A stretch of 63,391 bases of DNA, filler included, from Octopus bimaculoides (lineage: Eukaryota), in NCBI RefSeq assembly GCF_001194135.2. It is 6 parts of 6 records of this genome, joined end to end, with 100 filler letters (N's around TTAATTAATTAA, not from the genome) between each part and the next. Parts side by side here need not be neighbours in the genome. Positions count along the whole stretch, not along the records: positions 31,725 to 56,930 come from NC_068990.1; 5 more parts are not named here. One strand, given 5' to 3'. The position numbers and the translations under genes were made by a program. Positions 35,090 to 49,866 of this stretch are shown here, one piece after another. Position 1 is the first letter of the stretch. Every line of letters starts with the position of its first letter. The notes beneath the pieces were generated by a model, which saw only the letters and a program-made list of their open reading frames with translations, did not search any database and was not told where the DNA came from.

Positions 35090-35270
35090 TCGGGGGGGGG
35101 GTGATGTGAATTCCTTCCCCACTCTGGTGAATTGTACAATCACTCTATTAAATGTAGCAAGCGGAAATCCCAAGCTTTTGTGCGATTTTACGCTAAGTGC
35201 TCCTTCAGATTGACCCACAATACTGCCTCTTTGAAATTGGGACAGTTCCAAGGTCCCTTTTGTACATAAA
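35090..35270 (-). mobile_element. Tc1-like transposase N-terminal (paired HTH) remnant
   Basis: ELSQFQRGSIVGQSEGALS...SLGFPLATFNRVIVQFTRVG matches the Tc1 pattern ELS.F.RG.IVG...G.S......LG....TV.RVI..F...G. Confidence 0.75.
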
Positions 35271-35538
35271 ATGATTAAACAGTCACATATAGAAACTGAA
35301 ACAATAAAAAATGCCAATTGATATAAAATGTAAACCTCTATCAGTTAGAGTCAACACAAAACGATGTTTTATGTGGTGTCTATTTACTTCCGTGAAGTGT
35401 ATTGCACTAACTTTAACATAACGCTGTAGCTTTATATATTATAGTAACTAGTTACACGCGAATGAGAAAACGCTTTTAAAGGAAATTCAACTCAATGGTT
35501 TCCACCTAATTACACACATATGTGTGCATATATATGTA

Positions 35539-35586
<48 letters not shown>

Positions 35587-37253
35587 CACAGACACATACA
35601 TAAAGAAATATCGATTTCTGATTATAGATATGTAGACATATACGTGTGTGCGTGTGTAAGTATGTATACGTACACACACACACGCACACATGCATATATA
35701 TGTATATGTATAGCTATATATATTTATACATATATATATNNNNNNNNNNGTGTGTGTGTGTGTGTGTGTGTATAAGGGATATCGATTTCTGATTTAGCCA
35801 TGGAATGATACTGCATAAACATTAAATGGTGACGAAGTATATACGAAATGAATACATTGACTCAGTATTGGAATATTTATATAGGGGATTCTTGCAAAAA
35901 CTTAATGGATCTTTTCAAATTAAAAATGTTTATAAATTCCTCTTTAAGCTTAGAAATAATTCAGTGAAACAAATTCTAAGATATGATATTTTGATGGCTT
36001 ATAGAGTTGAAAATATTTCCATAAAATACATTTTCCATGGAAGATCGAAGCTTTTGATTATTTCATACATTTTCGTTGTTAAACCTTTTACTGAGAACAT
36101 CTCCCGGAAGCTCATATTCGTGCAATATCGTAATTTATTCCAACTAAAAGCACAAGAAAATGCCACCCAAAATCTGTTTTTCACGCACACACTGCTTGTG
36201 AAACCTTCTAAAATTGTGCCGTAGTAAAACGTGAGCAATGTTTTCTTTTCTTCTCAATAAAAAGAATATTATTTGCAATTTGAAATCTATTCTCGATTTA
36301 TGTGTATTATGCCTTTGGACATTTTTCATAAAGTATCATTACGTTGTTTAAATAATATCTGTAACTGATACACCTTAAGTGCTATATTTAGAATGTATGG
36401 TCGATTATAATTAATTAATTTCTTACTTTTTAAACATAGTCTGATACATTTGTCTTCTACAGGATAATAAAAAGATATTTCGTTACAGAAACATGTCTAA
36501 CGTTTATTCAAAATATATTAATATCAGCTGATAACTCCTTTATTTTAAATACATTATATTTCACTTAAAATTCGCTAGTTGTTCACTCAAATAATTAGAA
36601 TTCACGAGAATGATCGACTGTCAGAGTTATAAGTAAGATGTTTTACCTATATATTTCTTATAATTTTGACACGTATAACATAGACGGCTTTTTAAAATGC
36701 GTTCTAAGACCGAAATTTCTGAAAAATTGCATATGAGAGAATTTCCACTAAATATACTGTGTAGGAAATTATACATAACCATTATTAAAATTACATTAAT
36801 ATTCAAATCTTGTTTAATAAATAGGATTTCGGTTCATAAATTGACGAATTAAAATTCTGTATCTCTCCATATCTTAACATTTATCATTCGTATTACACAG
36901 TATATGTGATGGAGACATAAATTTCATTTTCTTAATGAAAATAATCCCAAGTAGTTCTCTGGAAAGTTATAGCGTTGTGAAGTATTCGGCGAAAAGTGTG
37001 GCATGCTGGTTTCCATAGGGTTTCCATACTGAAGTAAAATCTTTTAATTTGTTGTAATAAGATATATATATAAATAGGAATCATTGCCTTGGGGAATCAC
37101 ATGTAGAAGACTTTCACAATGTGCCCTATAGAATAAAAAGTTATTTATAGTAAATAAAATAATATTGGTGATACAGCGATTGCAAGTTTCATTTTGCAAA
37201 GCTACTAGATCTATATTTTAATGACGCAACGAAAAAGGCTTACAATAAATAAT

Positions 37254-37505
37254 CCCCGAGGTCGACTTTGCCCTTCATCCTTTCGTGGTCAATAAATTAA
37301 GTACCAGTTGCATACTGGAGTCAATCTAATCGACTGGACTCCTTCCCCCCACCAACTTTCAGGCCTTGCGTATATACATACATACACACACACGCACACA
37401 TATATATATATATGCATATATATATGTGTGTATGTGTGCATGAATGTTTATGCATGTATGTATTTATACACAGACACACACACACACACACAGACACACA
37501 CACAG

Positions 37506-37537
<32 letters not shown>

Positions 37538-37800
37538 GCACACACACATATATATGCATGCATCTGTGGGTGTGCATCCTTGTGTCTCTGTTTAACCACC
37601 ACCACCGCATGACAATTGGTTCTGGTGTGTATTTCTGCTGCGGTTCGACAAAAGAAACCGCTGGAATAATTAATATGCCTAAAACAATAATTACTTGGGT
37701 CGATTTGTTTGATGAAATTACTTGAAGGCGGTGCCCCGGTATAGCTGCACTCTAAAGACTGCAACAGCTAAAAGATAAAAGATAACGATAAAAGATGATC
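37254..37800 (+). mobile_element. SINE D fragment (37254-37370), microsatellite spacer and module E (about 37590-37800)
   Basis: D core GAGGTCGACTTTGCCCTTCATCC. The E-like block is CCACCACC...GGTTCGACAAAAGAAACC...GAAGGCGGTGCCCC. Confidence 0.7.
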
Positions 37801-38369
37801 AAAGCATTCCAAACGGCACAGTTGCCAAAGTAGATTGAATCAATCCCACAAAATTGCCATTTTATTCTCGATTTATATTTAATGATCCACTGAAAATCAT
37901 AAATAGCAGGAACTTGTACACATCAGACGACATATTTATTTTGGCAAAGATACAAAATCTGTGAAATGACCACACCTAAAACACTCGAAGGGTTAATTCC
38001 AATGGAACGAATTTCAAAAAATGGGTTACATTGTAATTCAATCAAGTAGCAATGCCAACACATTTTAATGAGATCCGTTGTTTAAGAAAAGCGAGTCTAT
38101 GGTCTTTACTACACATTTAGGCTGCGAAATATTGAGCAATTTATTATTATTGGACTGTGTTGTATACGTCGTTGGCAGTGTTCCGCGTTATATATAACGC
38201 CATTGAAATACCGACATAATAGATTTATGGAAGAGAAATTCAGAAATATATCCAGCATTCAGTGAGAGGACCAAATGCCTAGAAATAATACGGCAGAAAT
38301 AATAACTACCATTCTTGTAATACACATGCACACGCATGCATACACATACACATACATACACACACAGAT

Positions 38370-38493
<124 letters not shown>

Positions 38494-38544
38494 TTCAGGC
38501 ATGACTGTGTTTAACGATTTCAGTCCCGCTATATGGAACTTATT

Positions 38545-38690
38545 TCAGTTCCGAATTCAAATTCCGCCGAGGCTGACTTTGCCTTTTATCGTTTGGGTTC
38601 GATCAAATAAATTGATCGCTGGTATCAATGCATACGATTTATCACCGCCTCTAAAATTGATGGCCTTGTGTTAAAATTTGAACCAATTTT
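38545..38690 (+). mobile_element. Diverged SINE D fragment
   Basis: TTCAAATTCCGCCGAGGCTGACTTTGCCTTT...GGCCTTGTG. Confidence 0.7.
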
Positions 38691-40283
38691 ATGGTCGTAC
38701 GTTAAGAAAATTTTTTAATATATCACACAAAATATAATAATAGCTCAAGACCTATCCATATTTAGTCAATAGCTAAATGAATATTTTTATACACCCGAGT
38801 AGCAGCAGCTAAATAACACACAAAATGTTAAGTATGGTTATCTAGAACCTAACTAACGGTAATATGTCTGTACAGAAAGTATTATAAAAGATATATTCTT
38901 TAAAAATGAGCCTGAATAGATAAAGTAAAATTATCTGTTATGAAATGTTCATGGAAAAAATAGATATATGTATTTTATCATATTGCCAAAGCCAAATTAC
39001 CTAACATTAGAAAGAAAAAAAATCATTCAATACTGAAACGTTATATATATATAAATAAATAGATAGATGGATGGCTAGAAAGATGGATACATACATACAT
39101 GCACATACATACATACATACATACATACATACATACATGCATGCATACATACATAAGTATATACATATATACATACATAATTTGGAAATTAAGTCATCGG
39201 TGTGGGTGGGGAATCGCTTCTGTTACAGATTTGAAGATCCAGCCTGCGTACTTAATTTTTTTTGTCTTTCACAAAATCCTCACTTTTCTTTTCTTTTCTC
39301 TTCTTTTTTTTTCTTGTCTTCGTTCGATAACGACGAATTGCACTATTTCACACTTCTTGGTAATCATTAGTGCAGTATAACACTTGATGCAAGTTAGTTA
39401 CGTTAAATATGTAAATTTCAGCCTTCTTCGATGCTGTAGATTATTATACACACAAATAATGCGCGCGCTCTCACACATACATATGCACACATGCACACAG
39501 ATATCATAGATTAGAACAAAATTGGAGATTCGGGATTAGAATTTATATTATTACCTAAGCTATCCGTGATAAAACTCCTTTGTGGATTATCAACGCTTGT
39601 GTGTCCCACATATTAGCTGGGGCTGAATTCCGATTTTCTTTTTGATTTAGTTTACAGAAGGATTATACAACCGTCTATGTAACGATCACACCTTAACATA
39701 CTACTGAATGCTTGTCATCTTTTCTCTTATATAATTTACTTGACTACAGCCATGATGAGGCACCGTCATAAAGGTTTTAAATGAATAAATCGTTCATTTG
39801 CAGAGTTGGGTAGAGTGTTGTGATGATATTATTCCAGTAACATTTTCTCTTGATATTTGTATATATTCTGCATTGCCAAATTATTGAAACATCTAAGAAT
39901 TGAAATGCTAAAGGAAGTTAATTATGAACGTCTACTCACTGCAGGCCTGTAGAAACAGTCGACGCCTTTGTGGTGTAAGTTAAATACAATTGCAATGAAA
40001 GGGAGCGGTATAACTAAAACACGATAGAAAACCTATGCAACAACTTAAGATTTGAAAGCAGATATCATTCACTAGAGAACGAATTTTTTGATAAGGCAGT
40101 GAATTAATATGTGTCCTACAGTCATATATCGTAAACTCAAAATCCACATGTTGCAGTTTCCAATGAAATAAAATTGCTTCTGCTTTACATAAATTATACA
40201 GCCTGTAGCTAGTCACCCAAATAAGAATTCGCTTTAAATTATGCAATCCATACTAATTTAAACGTGTATTAGTGTCTTCTTTT

Positions 40284-41080
40284 CTCAGAGAGAAATGGCA
40301 GGTGAGTCAGTTGTTGTTTGCTGATGATACAGCACTGGGGGCGAATTCGGAAGAGCAACTGAGGAGACTGTTGATAAAGTTTGCAAGAGTGTGTAAGAGG
40401 AGAAAATTGAAAGTGAATGTAACTAGGAGTAAGGTGATGAAATGATCGAGAGATGGAATGGCTGGTAGGACGAATGTGAGTATATATGGTTGGATGTTAC
40501 AGAAGGTGAGTGTTTTTAAGAATCTGGAGTCACATGTCACGGCGGATGGTAGGGTTGGCTGAGGAAGTGGGATATAGAGCGAGGGAAGGAAGAAAGATAC
40601 TTGGAGTTGTGAAAGGTATGCTGAGATATATAAATTTGAGTATGACAGGGAAAAACGGTGTGTATGAGGGCATGATTATGCCGACAATGTTATATGGTGC
40701 AGAGACGTGGGGTCTCAGAGAGGCGGAAGACGGTGACTAGATGTGTTTGAGATGAGATTTTAAAGGCTATGGTTAGTTCGAGACGCATGAACAGTATGAG
40801 GAATGAGGAAGTGCGAAGGCGAGCAGGAATGAGAGAAAATCTAACACCCAGAATGCATAAATGAGTGTTGATGTGGTTTGTCCACATGGAGAGGATGGAT
40901 GAGGTGCGGATGGTAAGGAGGGTCATGAACGCTGAAGTGGTAGGCAGCAGAACCAGGGGCAGACTTCGGTTTGTGTGGATGGATGAAGTGAGGAAAGCTT
41001 TGGTGGTCAGAGGTGTTGGAGTGAGAGAGGCAAGAGAGTTTCTAAATGATAGGAAAGCTTGGAGAGTGTTTGTGGAGTGA
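40284..41080 (+). mobile_element. 5'-truncated RTE-clade LINE, RT and C-terminal remnant (pseudogenised)
   Basis: EKWQVSQLLFADDTAL...KRRKLKVNV..SKVM...PTMLYGAETW...WF.HMERM...RGR.RF.W.D.V, with stops and frameshifts; GA-rich strand bias. Confidence 0.93.
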
Positions 41081-41483
41081 TGAGTGAATTTGATGTTGCT
41101 CAAAGTGTTACAAAACCAGCATGATGCGGCGGGGATAATCCAGCATATGATGTCAGGGATTGCGTTCTACGCCNNNNNNNNNNNNNNNNNNNNNNNNNNN
41201 NNNNNNNNNNNNNNNNNNNNNNNNNNNNNNNNNNNNNNNNNNNNNNNNNNNNNNNNNNNNNNNNNNNNNNNNNNNNNNNNNNNNNNNNNNNNNNNNNNNN
41301 NNNNNNNNNNNNNNNNNNNNNNNNNNNNNNNNNNNNNNNNNNNNNNNNNNNNNNNNNNNNNNNNNNNNNNNNNNNNNNNNNNNNNNNNNNNNNNNNNNNN
41401 NNNNNNNNNNNNNNNNNNNNNNNNNNNNNNNNNNNNNNNNNNNNNNNNNNNNNNNNNNNNNNNNNNNNNNNNNNNNNNNNNNN

Positions 41484-41692
41484 CCCCTCTCTACGCCACC
41501 GGTGTTATCCAAGGGAAAGGCAAAGTCCGATACAGTTTGGCACCAGTGACATCGCAACTCAGTTTTACAGTTAACTGGAGCAACGTGAAATAAAGTGTCT
41601 TGCTCAAGAACACAACACGCAGCGCGTTCCAGGAATCGAACTCACGACCTCACGATCGTAACCTCGACGCTCTAACCACTGAGCCATACGCC

Positions 41693-41697
<5 letters not shown>
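41484..41697 (-). mobile_element. SINE family C variant with a third type of 3' module
   Basis: CTGGAGCAACGTGAAATAAAGTGTCTTGCTCAAG core and tRNA head. The 3' module (CCAAGGGAAAGGCAAAG..CCGATACAG.TTGGCACC) differs from the other C copies. Confidence 0.85.
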
Positions 41698-41744
<47 letters not shown>

Positions 41745-42409
41745 ATTATATTAGTGTCTTACATCCGTCATAAACACGCGGAAGGTAATATGCAAACTTT
41801 CTATCAATCGTTGTACTTTGAAATTATTACAGCTTAAACGAAATTTTTGGATAAATTCTCACTATTAATATTCTGTAATTTTCTGGTGTATTATTGTTGA
41901 AATATGTTTATTTTCTTCTCAAATTTTCATTTGTTTCTTATGTGGAATTGGGTCATGTAAATGGCAAATCTATTTGTTTGCATGTGAAGAATTTAGTTAT
42001 AGGCTAATATATTTGCTTAGAAAATATTCGTTTCCCATAGATTTTACCGATATGTATGCATTTTATCGACCTACATGGACTATCTCTCCAATATAAAAAG
42101 ATGTTGTCTCAGAAAGTTGAGGTAGTCGCCCACACTGAGGTACATACAGAATTTTTTAATCTGAAGCAGACAAATTCAGAAAGCTCGGTCCAAAAGCTAA
42201 AATATTTTGAGTATGCAACACAACACAAGGCATTATACATGACCAACCATGCAGGAGGCATTGAAGGGAAGAGCGCAAGATTTTGTCAAAGACGTTTGTG
42301 AATACCCAGTATCAAAGACCATGGTTGGGTTTAACGTAATGTTCAACACAAGAAAAGCTGATGAATCTTGGAAAGCCGAAACCTGGACACAGACTGATCA
42401 CCCCGTTAA

Positions 42410-42487
<78 letters not shown>

Positions 42488-42541
42488 NNNNNNNNNNNNN
42501 NNNNNNNNNNNNNNNNNNNNNNNNNNNNNNNNNNNNNNNNN

Positions 42542-42619
<78 letters not shown>

Positions 42620-42652
42620 CACAAAAGTATAGGTCTGTGATATCTACATCTG

Positions 42653-42683
<31 letters not shown>

Positions 42684-42690
42684 AGATACG

Positions 42691-42722
<32 letters not shown>

Positions 42723-43620
42723 CAGACACACAGATAGACAGGCAAGCAGACAGAGAAACATATAGATAGATAGATAGATGTATCATGCATAATCTATCGG
42801 TGTTCAAAATATACTCTATCTACATCACACGTGTCTTTAACCGTTTCTTCAGTATGATCATGAAAGTGTGAATTTGTTATTTCTCACTGCATCACATGAA
42901 TATTCATCTCCATAGACAGTGAAATATCAAAATCCCTGCCCGGCATCTGAATCGACATTGGTCTTGTCTACTTTAAAATTTAGTTATAAACTTCAAAACA
43001 ATATATATTTCTTAGAAATATTTTACCTCTAAATTCATTTGTTCTAGTTATTATTGTTCACATCCATGTTATCGGTGACCATATATACATTTTATCAATG
43101 GTCTTTTAACCTTAACGATGATTCTGTATTTTGTCTTTAGAAAAAACTATTTTGGGCATACTAACGTTCTTTATTAAAGATCATACTATATGATAACTAG
43201 TATGCAGCTGATATTCTAGGCACAATATACCAAGCAGTATATAATTAAAAGCGATGGTGTGTTTAATTATACGTAGGTGTAGGTTATACGAAAATATTTC
43301 ATTATTTTTGTCTATTCAGGGTGATGTCTTCTATTCGTTTAGCGCTGAAATTTAAACAAAAGAGCATAGAATTATATTCCTGAGTCATCTGCATATAATT
43401 CGGTCATATGTGTTCCGAAATGAATCAATACAATGTTTCATAAACATATAAAGTTATTCATAGGTGGAAGAATATTAAATAAATTTAGAATTACCAAATA
43501 TACACGTCGATAATAAAACTAGCTTACAAACACACACACACCACACATACACACACATACATCACACACGCAAATAGATATATGTATGTGTGTATGTCCG
43601 TATATGTATGTGTGTGTGCA

Positions 43621-43652
<32 letters not shown>

Positions 43653-44598
43653 NNNNNNNNNNNNNNNNNNNNNNNNNNNNNNNNNNNNNNNNNNNNNNNN
43701 NNNNNNNNNNNNNNNNNNNNNNNNNNNNNNNNNNNNNNNNNNNNNNNNNNNNNNNNNNNNNNNNNNNNNNNNNNNNNNNNNNNNNNNNNNNNNNNNNNNN
43801 NNNNNNNNNNNNNNNNNNNNNNNNNNNNNNNNNNNNNNNNNNNNNNNNNNNNNNNNNNNNNNNNNNNNNNNNNNNNNNNNNNNNNNNNNNNNNNNNNNNN
43901 NNNNNNNNNNNNNNNNNNNNNNNNNNNNNNNNNNNNNNNNNNNNNNNNNNNNNNNNNNNNNNNNNNNNNNNNNNNNNNNNNNNNNNNNNNNNNNNNNNNN
44001 NNNNNNNNNNNNNNNNNNNNNNNNNNNNNNNNNNNNNNNNNNNNNNNNNNNNNNNNNNNNNNNNNNNNNNNNNNNNNNNNNNNNNNNNNNNNNNNNNNNN
44101 NNNNNNNNNNNNNNNNNNNNNNNNNNNNNNNNNNNNNNNNNNNNNNNNNNNNNNNNNNNNNNNNNNNNNNNNNNNNNNNNNNNNNNNNNNNNNNNNNNNN
44201 NNNNNNNNNNNNNNNNNNNNNNNNNNNNNNNNNNNNNNNNNNNNNNNNNNNNNNNNNNNNNNNNNNNNNNNNNNNNNNNNNNNNNNNNNNNNNNNNNNNN
44301 NNNNNNNNNNNNNNNNNNNNNNNNNNNNNNNNNNNNNNNNNNNNNNNNNNNNNNNNNNNNNNNNNNNNNNNNNNNNNNNNNNNNNNNNNNNNNNNNNNNN
44401 NNNNNNNNNNNNNNNNNNNNNNNNNNNNNNNNNNNNNNNNNNNNNNNNNNNNNNNNNNNNNNNNNNNNNNNNNNNNNNNNNNNNNNNNNNNNNNNNNNNN
44501 NNNNNNNNNNNNNNNNNNNNNNNNNNNNNNNNNNNNNNNNNNNNNNNNNNNNNNNNNNNNNNNNNNNNNNNNNNNNNNNNNNNNNNNNNNNNNNNNNN

Positions 44599-44650
<52 letters not shown>

Positions 44651-46437
44651 GTATATATATTCCACTAAGTACTGATGTACTGAAATCTTTCACGTAATAA
44701 ACCCGTTTTATTACACCATCATCTTATCTATACAGATGTCTACATTCCTACTAAGCCTCCTCTCCCACTCTCTCTGGGATCACGAATTAATTTTCTATAG
44801 TCGACTTCATAGAGATTATAACTGATACTTTGATTTATTTCGAGTTTTTTTGTCTCGAACTTTAATAATTATGAGTGTTGCATAGACGCTTTTTCATGTA
44901 ACCTCACGTCGACAAATATCATTCCTGGCAGTGTCTATCTAAAGCTGAGTAGAACCAGCATTATAACATATTTTAGACATAGAATTGATTATCACTTTGT
45001 GACTCACATTTGTTAAAATTTGAATATTTCCAGATTTCCTGTTTCACATGAAATAGCTTTTATTTCATTCAGTTGAGCGCCATATAATAATAATAATCTT
45101 CGAGCGAAATGAATTTGCGATTACATTTCGATTTCAGATCTCAACCATTTAACATAATATAGCCTTTAAGTGGCTTTAGGAAAACTCTAAAGCTTAAATT
45201 ACTTCCATTTGAAATCCAAGTGAGGTATCGAACATAAAATAACAAATCCTTTTTAGTGATAATATCCCTGAAATTAAATTTTACTGTCTTCTCCATTCAT
45301 CCATCCTGTATAATCGATGAAATATGCATTCGATTACAACGTTCAATTCAACACATCACACACGCTATCAAACCTGGCTACCGTAATTCAAGGTTCAGTA
45401 ATAATCCCTTTGCACATCTTAATGTCATTCTCACAGTTATTTCTCAAAAAGCTTCTTCATGTACATTATTATTTATTTTTTTCCCGACTCTGGCGGTAAC
45501 CATACAATCCAAGAACACATCAGAACTGAGGTACACTACTTTCATAAACGAGTACTTTTTCTAAAATGCTGCAATGCCTGAGTGGATCTAGACAATTTCA
45601 GTAACACAAGTTTCATTGACGCATCACATGCAAACCTTAGAATTAAGAACAACTCTCGAATACCACCAATGTGTCCCAATTTGGCTGCACATTCTGTTAT
45701 GGTCTCTTAGAGGGCAATTACAAAGATAATATTGCAGAACATAATAGAACTCGTAAGAACTCTTCATAGAATCAGGAATCTGCAGAACCGCTCACATGAT
45801 AACTTAATGCAATATTAAAATATCTTACAAATTAGCGCATTGCTGACATCTACATGAGGGTATTGTTGATACCTAATTATCGTACAGTACATGCAAACAT
45901 AAATCATACGAGGGGGGGGGGGAATTCGCATCCAAAACGCGTCACGCACTTCCTTACACTGGCATTCTTAATCTCTAAATATTTTCTGACAAATTGCAAA
46001 TAGTCGATGCTACTCACAATTAGTTACGTACACCTTTCACTTAAACCATCTGCATCCACGCATCTTTCCTTCTGTAATCTTACTTTGCTTTATATTTCAA
46101 AATTCAAAGTAAACTCAATACTGCATTCTGTCTCCCTTTAAACCTTCAATCAATGTAATCTTTGCTTCGTCACCAATTTTTCTTTTCTTTTTTGTTTTTG
46201 AAATATCGTCATCAAAGTGATCAGGTGTATCGTCCATCAATGATTCTGATGTTCGTTAAAACAGCGTCTGCAAAACTCATGGCCGCTAGTCATCTTTTGC
46301 TTATTATCTTACGAAAAACCTAACGTCTGTATAAAGTCTGACAGTGATGGGGAGAAGTAAGACGTGATATAATAGATACATAAATATGAGCATTACTCTA
46401 ATTTTTCTGAAAGAAATTAATTTCATGTTTTCATTTA

Positions 46438-46484
<47 letters not shown>

Positions 46485-46717
46485 TCAATAAAGCACAGTA
46501 TTTGGTATCCTATACATTATAAGAAGAGAGTATAAGGTTACAGTTGTTTAAATCCTTTCGGAGTCATTACGGGAAAGTAGAACTGCCAAAGAGAGTTTAC
46601 TTCCAAACAGAAGCTTCTGAAGTGAACGTTAGCAGATATATTCACTATAATAGATTGCTGTAAAATGTTATGGACATGTCATTACACTTACAAAGAAGAA
46701 GATACTAGGGTTTATAT

Positions 46718-47400
46718 CAGTGATTCTCAACATGATCCCTGGAGCCCACTGGTGATCCCCAGAGAATTCGTAGCCATAAAATAAATGAAGTCATTTCAGA
46801 TCTACACAATAGTGTTCAATAATAAATATACTGTTAATAATAATTTATATGAAGACAGAATAATAGTAAGAAAGCAAAATTCAATAGTTATTCCATAAGA
46901 ATCAATAATGTATAATATATAATCAATATAATCAATAATATATTACAGTCAACAATTACATAATTTAAATTCTATAATCACAACAGTTTCATAATTAATT
47001 TGATATTTTAAATTGATCATTACACAATATTGTTTAATAATAAATTTGATAATTTTAATTTATAGAAAAACAGTATTTATCATTTTATAGATATACAGTA
47101 TTTAGTATTTTTATGTTTTTAAAGATCAGTTGTAATAACGTCTGAATCAACTGCAAAACAGACAAAACAGAGGAACTACAAAGAAGATTTTATCATGTTC
47201 GTTTTTGTATCTGGAGACTCAAAACCTCTGTGTCTTGAATGTGATGCCATCATGACAAATCATTCCATGAAGAAAGTTAAGCTGAAACGACACCATAACT
47301 TAAGGCATCCATCTTCTGTTGGTAAAGGTAGCGAATATTTTGAGAATAAAAAGAAAATACAGCTTTACATGCCTAATTTTAATTTATTATACTTGTTATA
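46718..47400 (+). mobile_element. hAT transposon (Charlie/Buster-like) 5' part: TIR plus BED zinc-finger remnant
   Basis: TIR CAGTGATTCTCAAC preceded by GTTTATAT (NTNTANAN). The translation RNYKEDFIMFVF...KPLCLECDAIMTNHSMKKVKLKRHHNLRHP..GKGSEYFENKK matches the CxxC..MKP.KLKRH..KH BED domain. Confidence 0.85.
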
Positions 47401-47500
47401 TCCTAAATTCATACTCCACTGAAGTTACCTTTGCAGTTAATCCTTCCTAATATGATATAACATTGCCTCAAAGAAAAAAAAGTCTGTTTCGCTGAATCAG

Positions 47501-47702
47501 TAGGAACAAGGTCCGAAATTTTGGGGGATGGGATCAGTCGATTACATCGACCCTAGTACGCAACTGGTACTTAAATTATCAATCCCGAAAGGATGAAAGG
47601 CGAAGTCGACCTCGGCGTAATTGGAAATCAGAACGTAAAGACAGACGAAATACTGCAAGCCATCTCGCCAAGCGGGCTAACGTTTCTGCTAGCTCACCGC
47701 CT
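47501..47702 (-). mobile_element. Full-length SINE family D, tail type 1
   Basis: The minus strand begins GGCGGTGAGCTAGCAGAAACGTTAGC; core and CCTTGTTCCTA tail are present. Confidence 0.88.
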
Positions 47703-48949
47703 TGAATCGGTATAATATTGGATGAATTACTGTAATTTTCAATACATTCGGATTGTCTGGACGCCTGTGGTTAATTTGTTTAGATCTATTTATCAATACG
47801 GTACCGTGTTAAAATATTCCGGAAGGTAATTGAGAGCAAACTATATTTTGTATTCTCCAGACAAAAATGCTATGAGAAGTGAAGGATGTTTCTCAAAATA
47901 CTTACTCTGCACTGTTCATCCGTGCGGTGGTGCAGCAACCACTCTTGATCTCTCTTGCAGTTATGTGTTAAAGGGGATGAGGTTATGTAATATGTGGCTG
48001 CTGATTTCTAATTATTTCTTCATTTTGTGGGTAAATACTATTTGCTATTTCTAAATTTATAAGTTTTGCTACATAACGCTTTCACTGTTTTCTATTTGCA
48101 ACGTATGAGAAAGTTTTCCGATATTTATTTCCTTGGTATTGAATTCAAACGAAAACAATCGAATAAAAACCAAGTAATTCAATTTATCAGAATATTTGAT
48201 CCTTCGTAACTATATTCTGGCTCTGTCATCTATCATTCATATCATTAATCCTCAGCAATTTCATTACAAATGAAACTAGTCAGGTTTTATCTTACATCTT
48301 CCTAGAATATTCATGTAAGATAATTTTAAAATTAATTATAATTATAGCGCTCTCTTACATAGAGTACATCATGTTAATAATGTACACTCGCACTCTGTTT
48401 ACGATTTATTAGTTGTTGGTATTTGACTGAAGAATTATTAATTCGATATCAGATGATTTGAAAAATACTGTAAAGTAATATGGGCTGCAATACGCTGTTT
48501 ATAAGTGTGTAAATATATATTAATACATCTTACTTCACACCATTTGGCGAAGCGATGAAATTCAATGGGCTGACGCAAATTTATTTCTCGTATCAAGATA
48601 TATCCCAAGTGCTAGCGTTCAGAGCTTATCTGCTTCTCCTTATTCCTTGCTCCACTTTATAATCATAAGTGTGGTTATACAGAAAATAGCAAAGATTAAG
48701 CAGCTGATCAGACTATTTTATCTTTCGAAATAATTGTTCTCGCTGGCCATGCGGTGTATGTATGTGTATTTGTCTCGGTGTTGCATGTTGGTCTATATAG
48801 TCTCTCTCTCCACTGTGTATATATTTTGATTGTTCGATCATTGATTGACCACAGACTATATGATCATATGACTCAAAGGATGTTAGTAGCAATTAAATGC
48901 AATTTATGGAAGTTACAAAAATATGTGTATTTGATTTCTCTTTCTCTCC

Positions 48950-49007
<58 letters not shown>

Positions 49008-49804
49008 CTCTGTGTGCCATAAGATATCAGGAAGTATGAGAGTTGGATATATGGATATATCAATTCAAGCATTTCTAATCCTTGGGTTTAGTTTCTCAGA
49101 TTTCATGTAATAATACTTTCAGAGCATAATAAAGTATGTTTACACGTCTAAACTAATATACATGCTACGGATTACAAAATGCAATTTTATATTTACAAAT
49201 CGATGCAGATACAGGAAAGTAACTGATCAGTTCACTAGAATATCATGGTCACACAAATGATCCAGCATATAAATTTTTACTCTGTATATCAAATGAATGG
49301 AAGACGGAGGCTGGATAAAATTAGTTAATTATGGTCTGTAATACAAAAGACATGTTGTTTCACATCAATTAAAGTGTTGGATCGAAGTTCATGGAATGGA
49401 CCATCCTTCATGTTAGCAAAAAAGACAGGAAGTAAGAATGGAAGAAAGTAAAATAAATTATAGTAAATAGGAAAAAATCGATTTCAAAAAGTATATAAAA
49501 AGGACATATTAAAATATTATAAATGAATTCAATAGGATACAAAGAACTGGTATTATAAAGTTTAAGCCATCCTTACAATAACGAGCGGTTAAATAGATAT
49601 ACTTATATTTACCTTTCATACTATATGACGGACATTCTATAATTTATATACTCACCACCATATAATTTCATCGATCGGATCACATGCCTGGGACTATGTA
49701 TTATACTCCTCTCAGTTTGATTACAATGTGGTCTCTTAGCCTAGACCGTATCTGAGATTTCCGTGGAAGCAGCACGATTCTATGAATCCATTACAAATTC
49801 GTAT

Positions 49805-49844
<40 letters not shown>

Positions 49845-49866
49845 ACAAACACACAAACAGTGTAAG

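Noticed and set aside
35826-36329. 132-aa AT-rich ORF and overlapping minus-strand ORFs
   Set aside because: No recognisable domain; the composition simply reflects AT-rich DNA.
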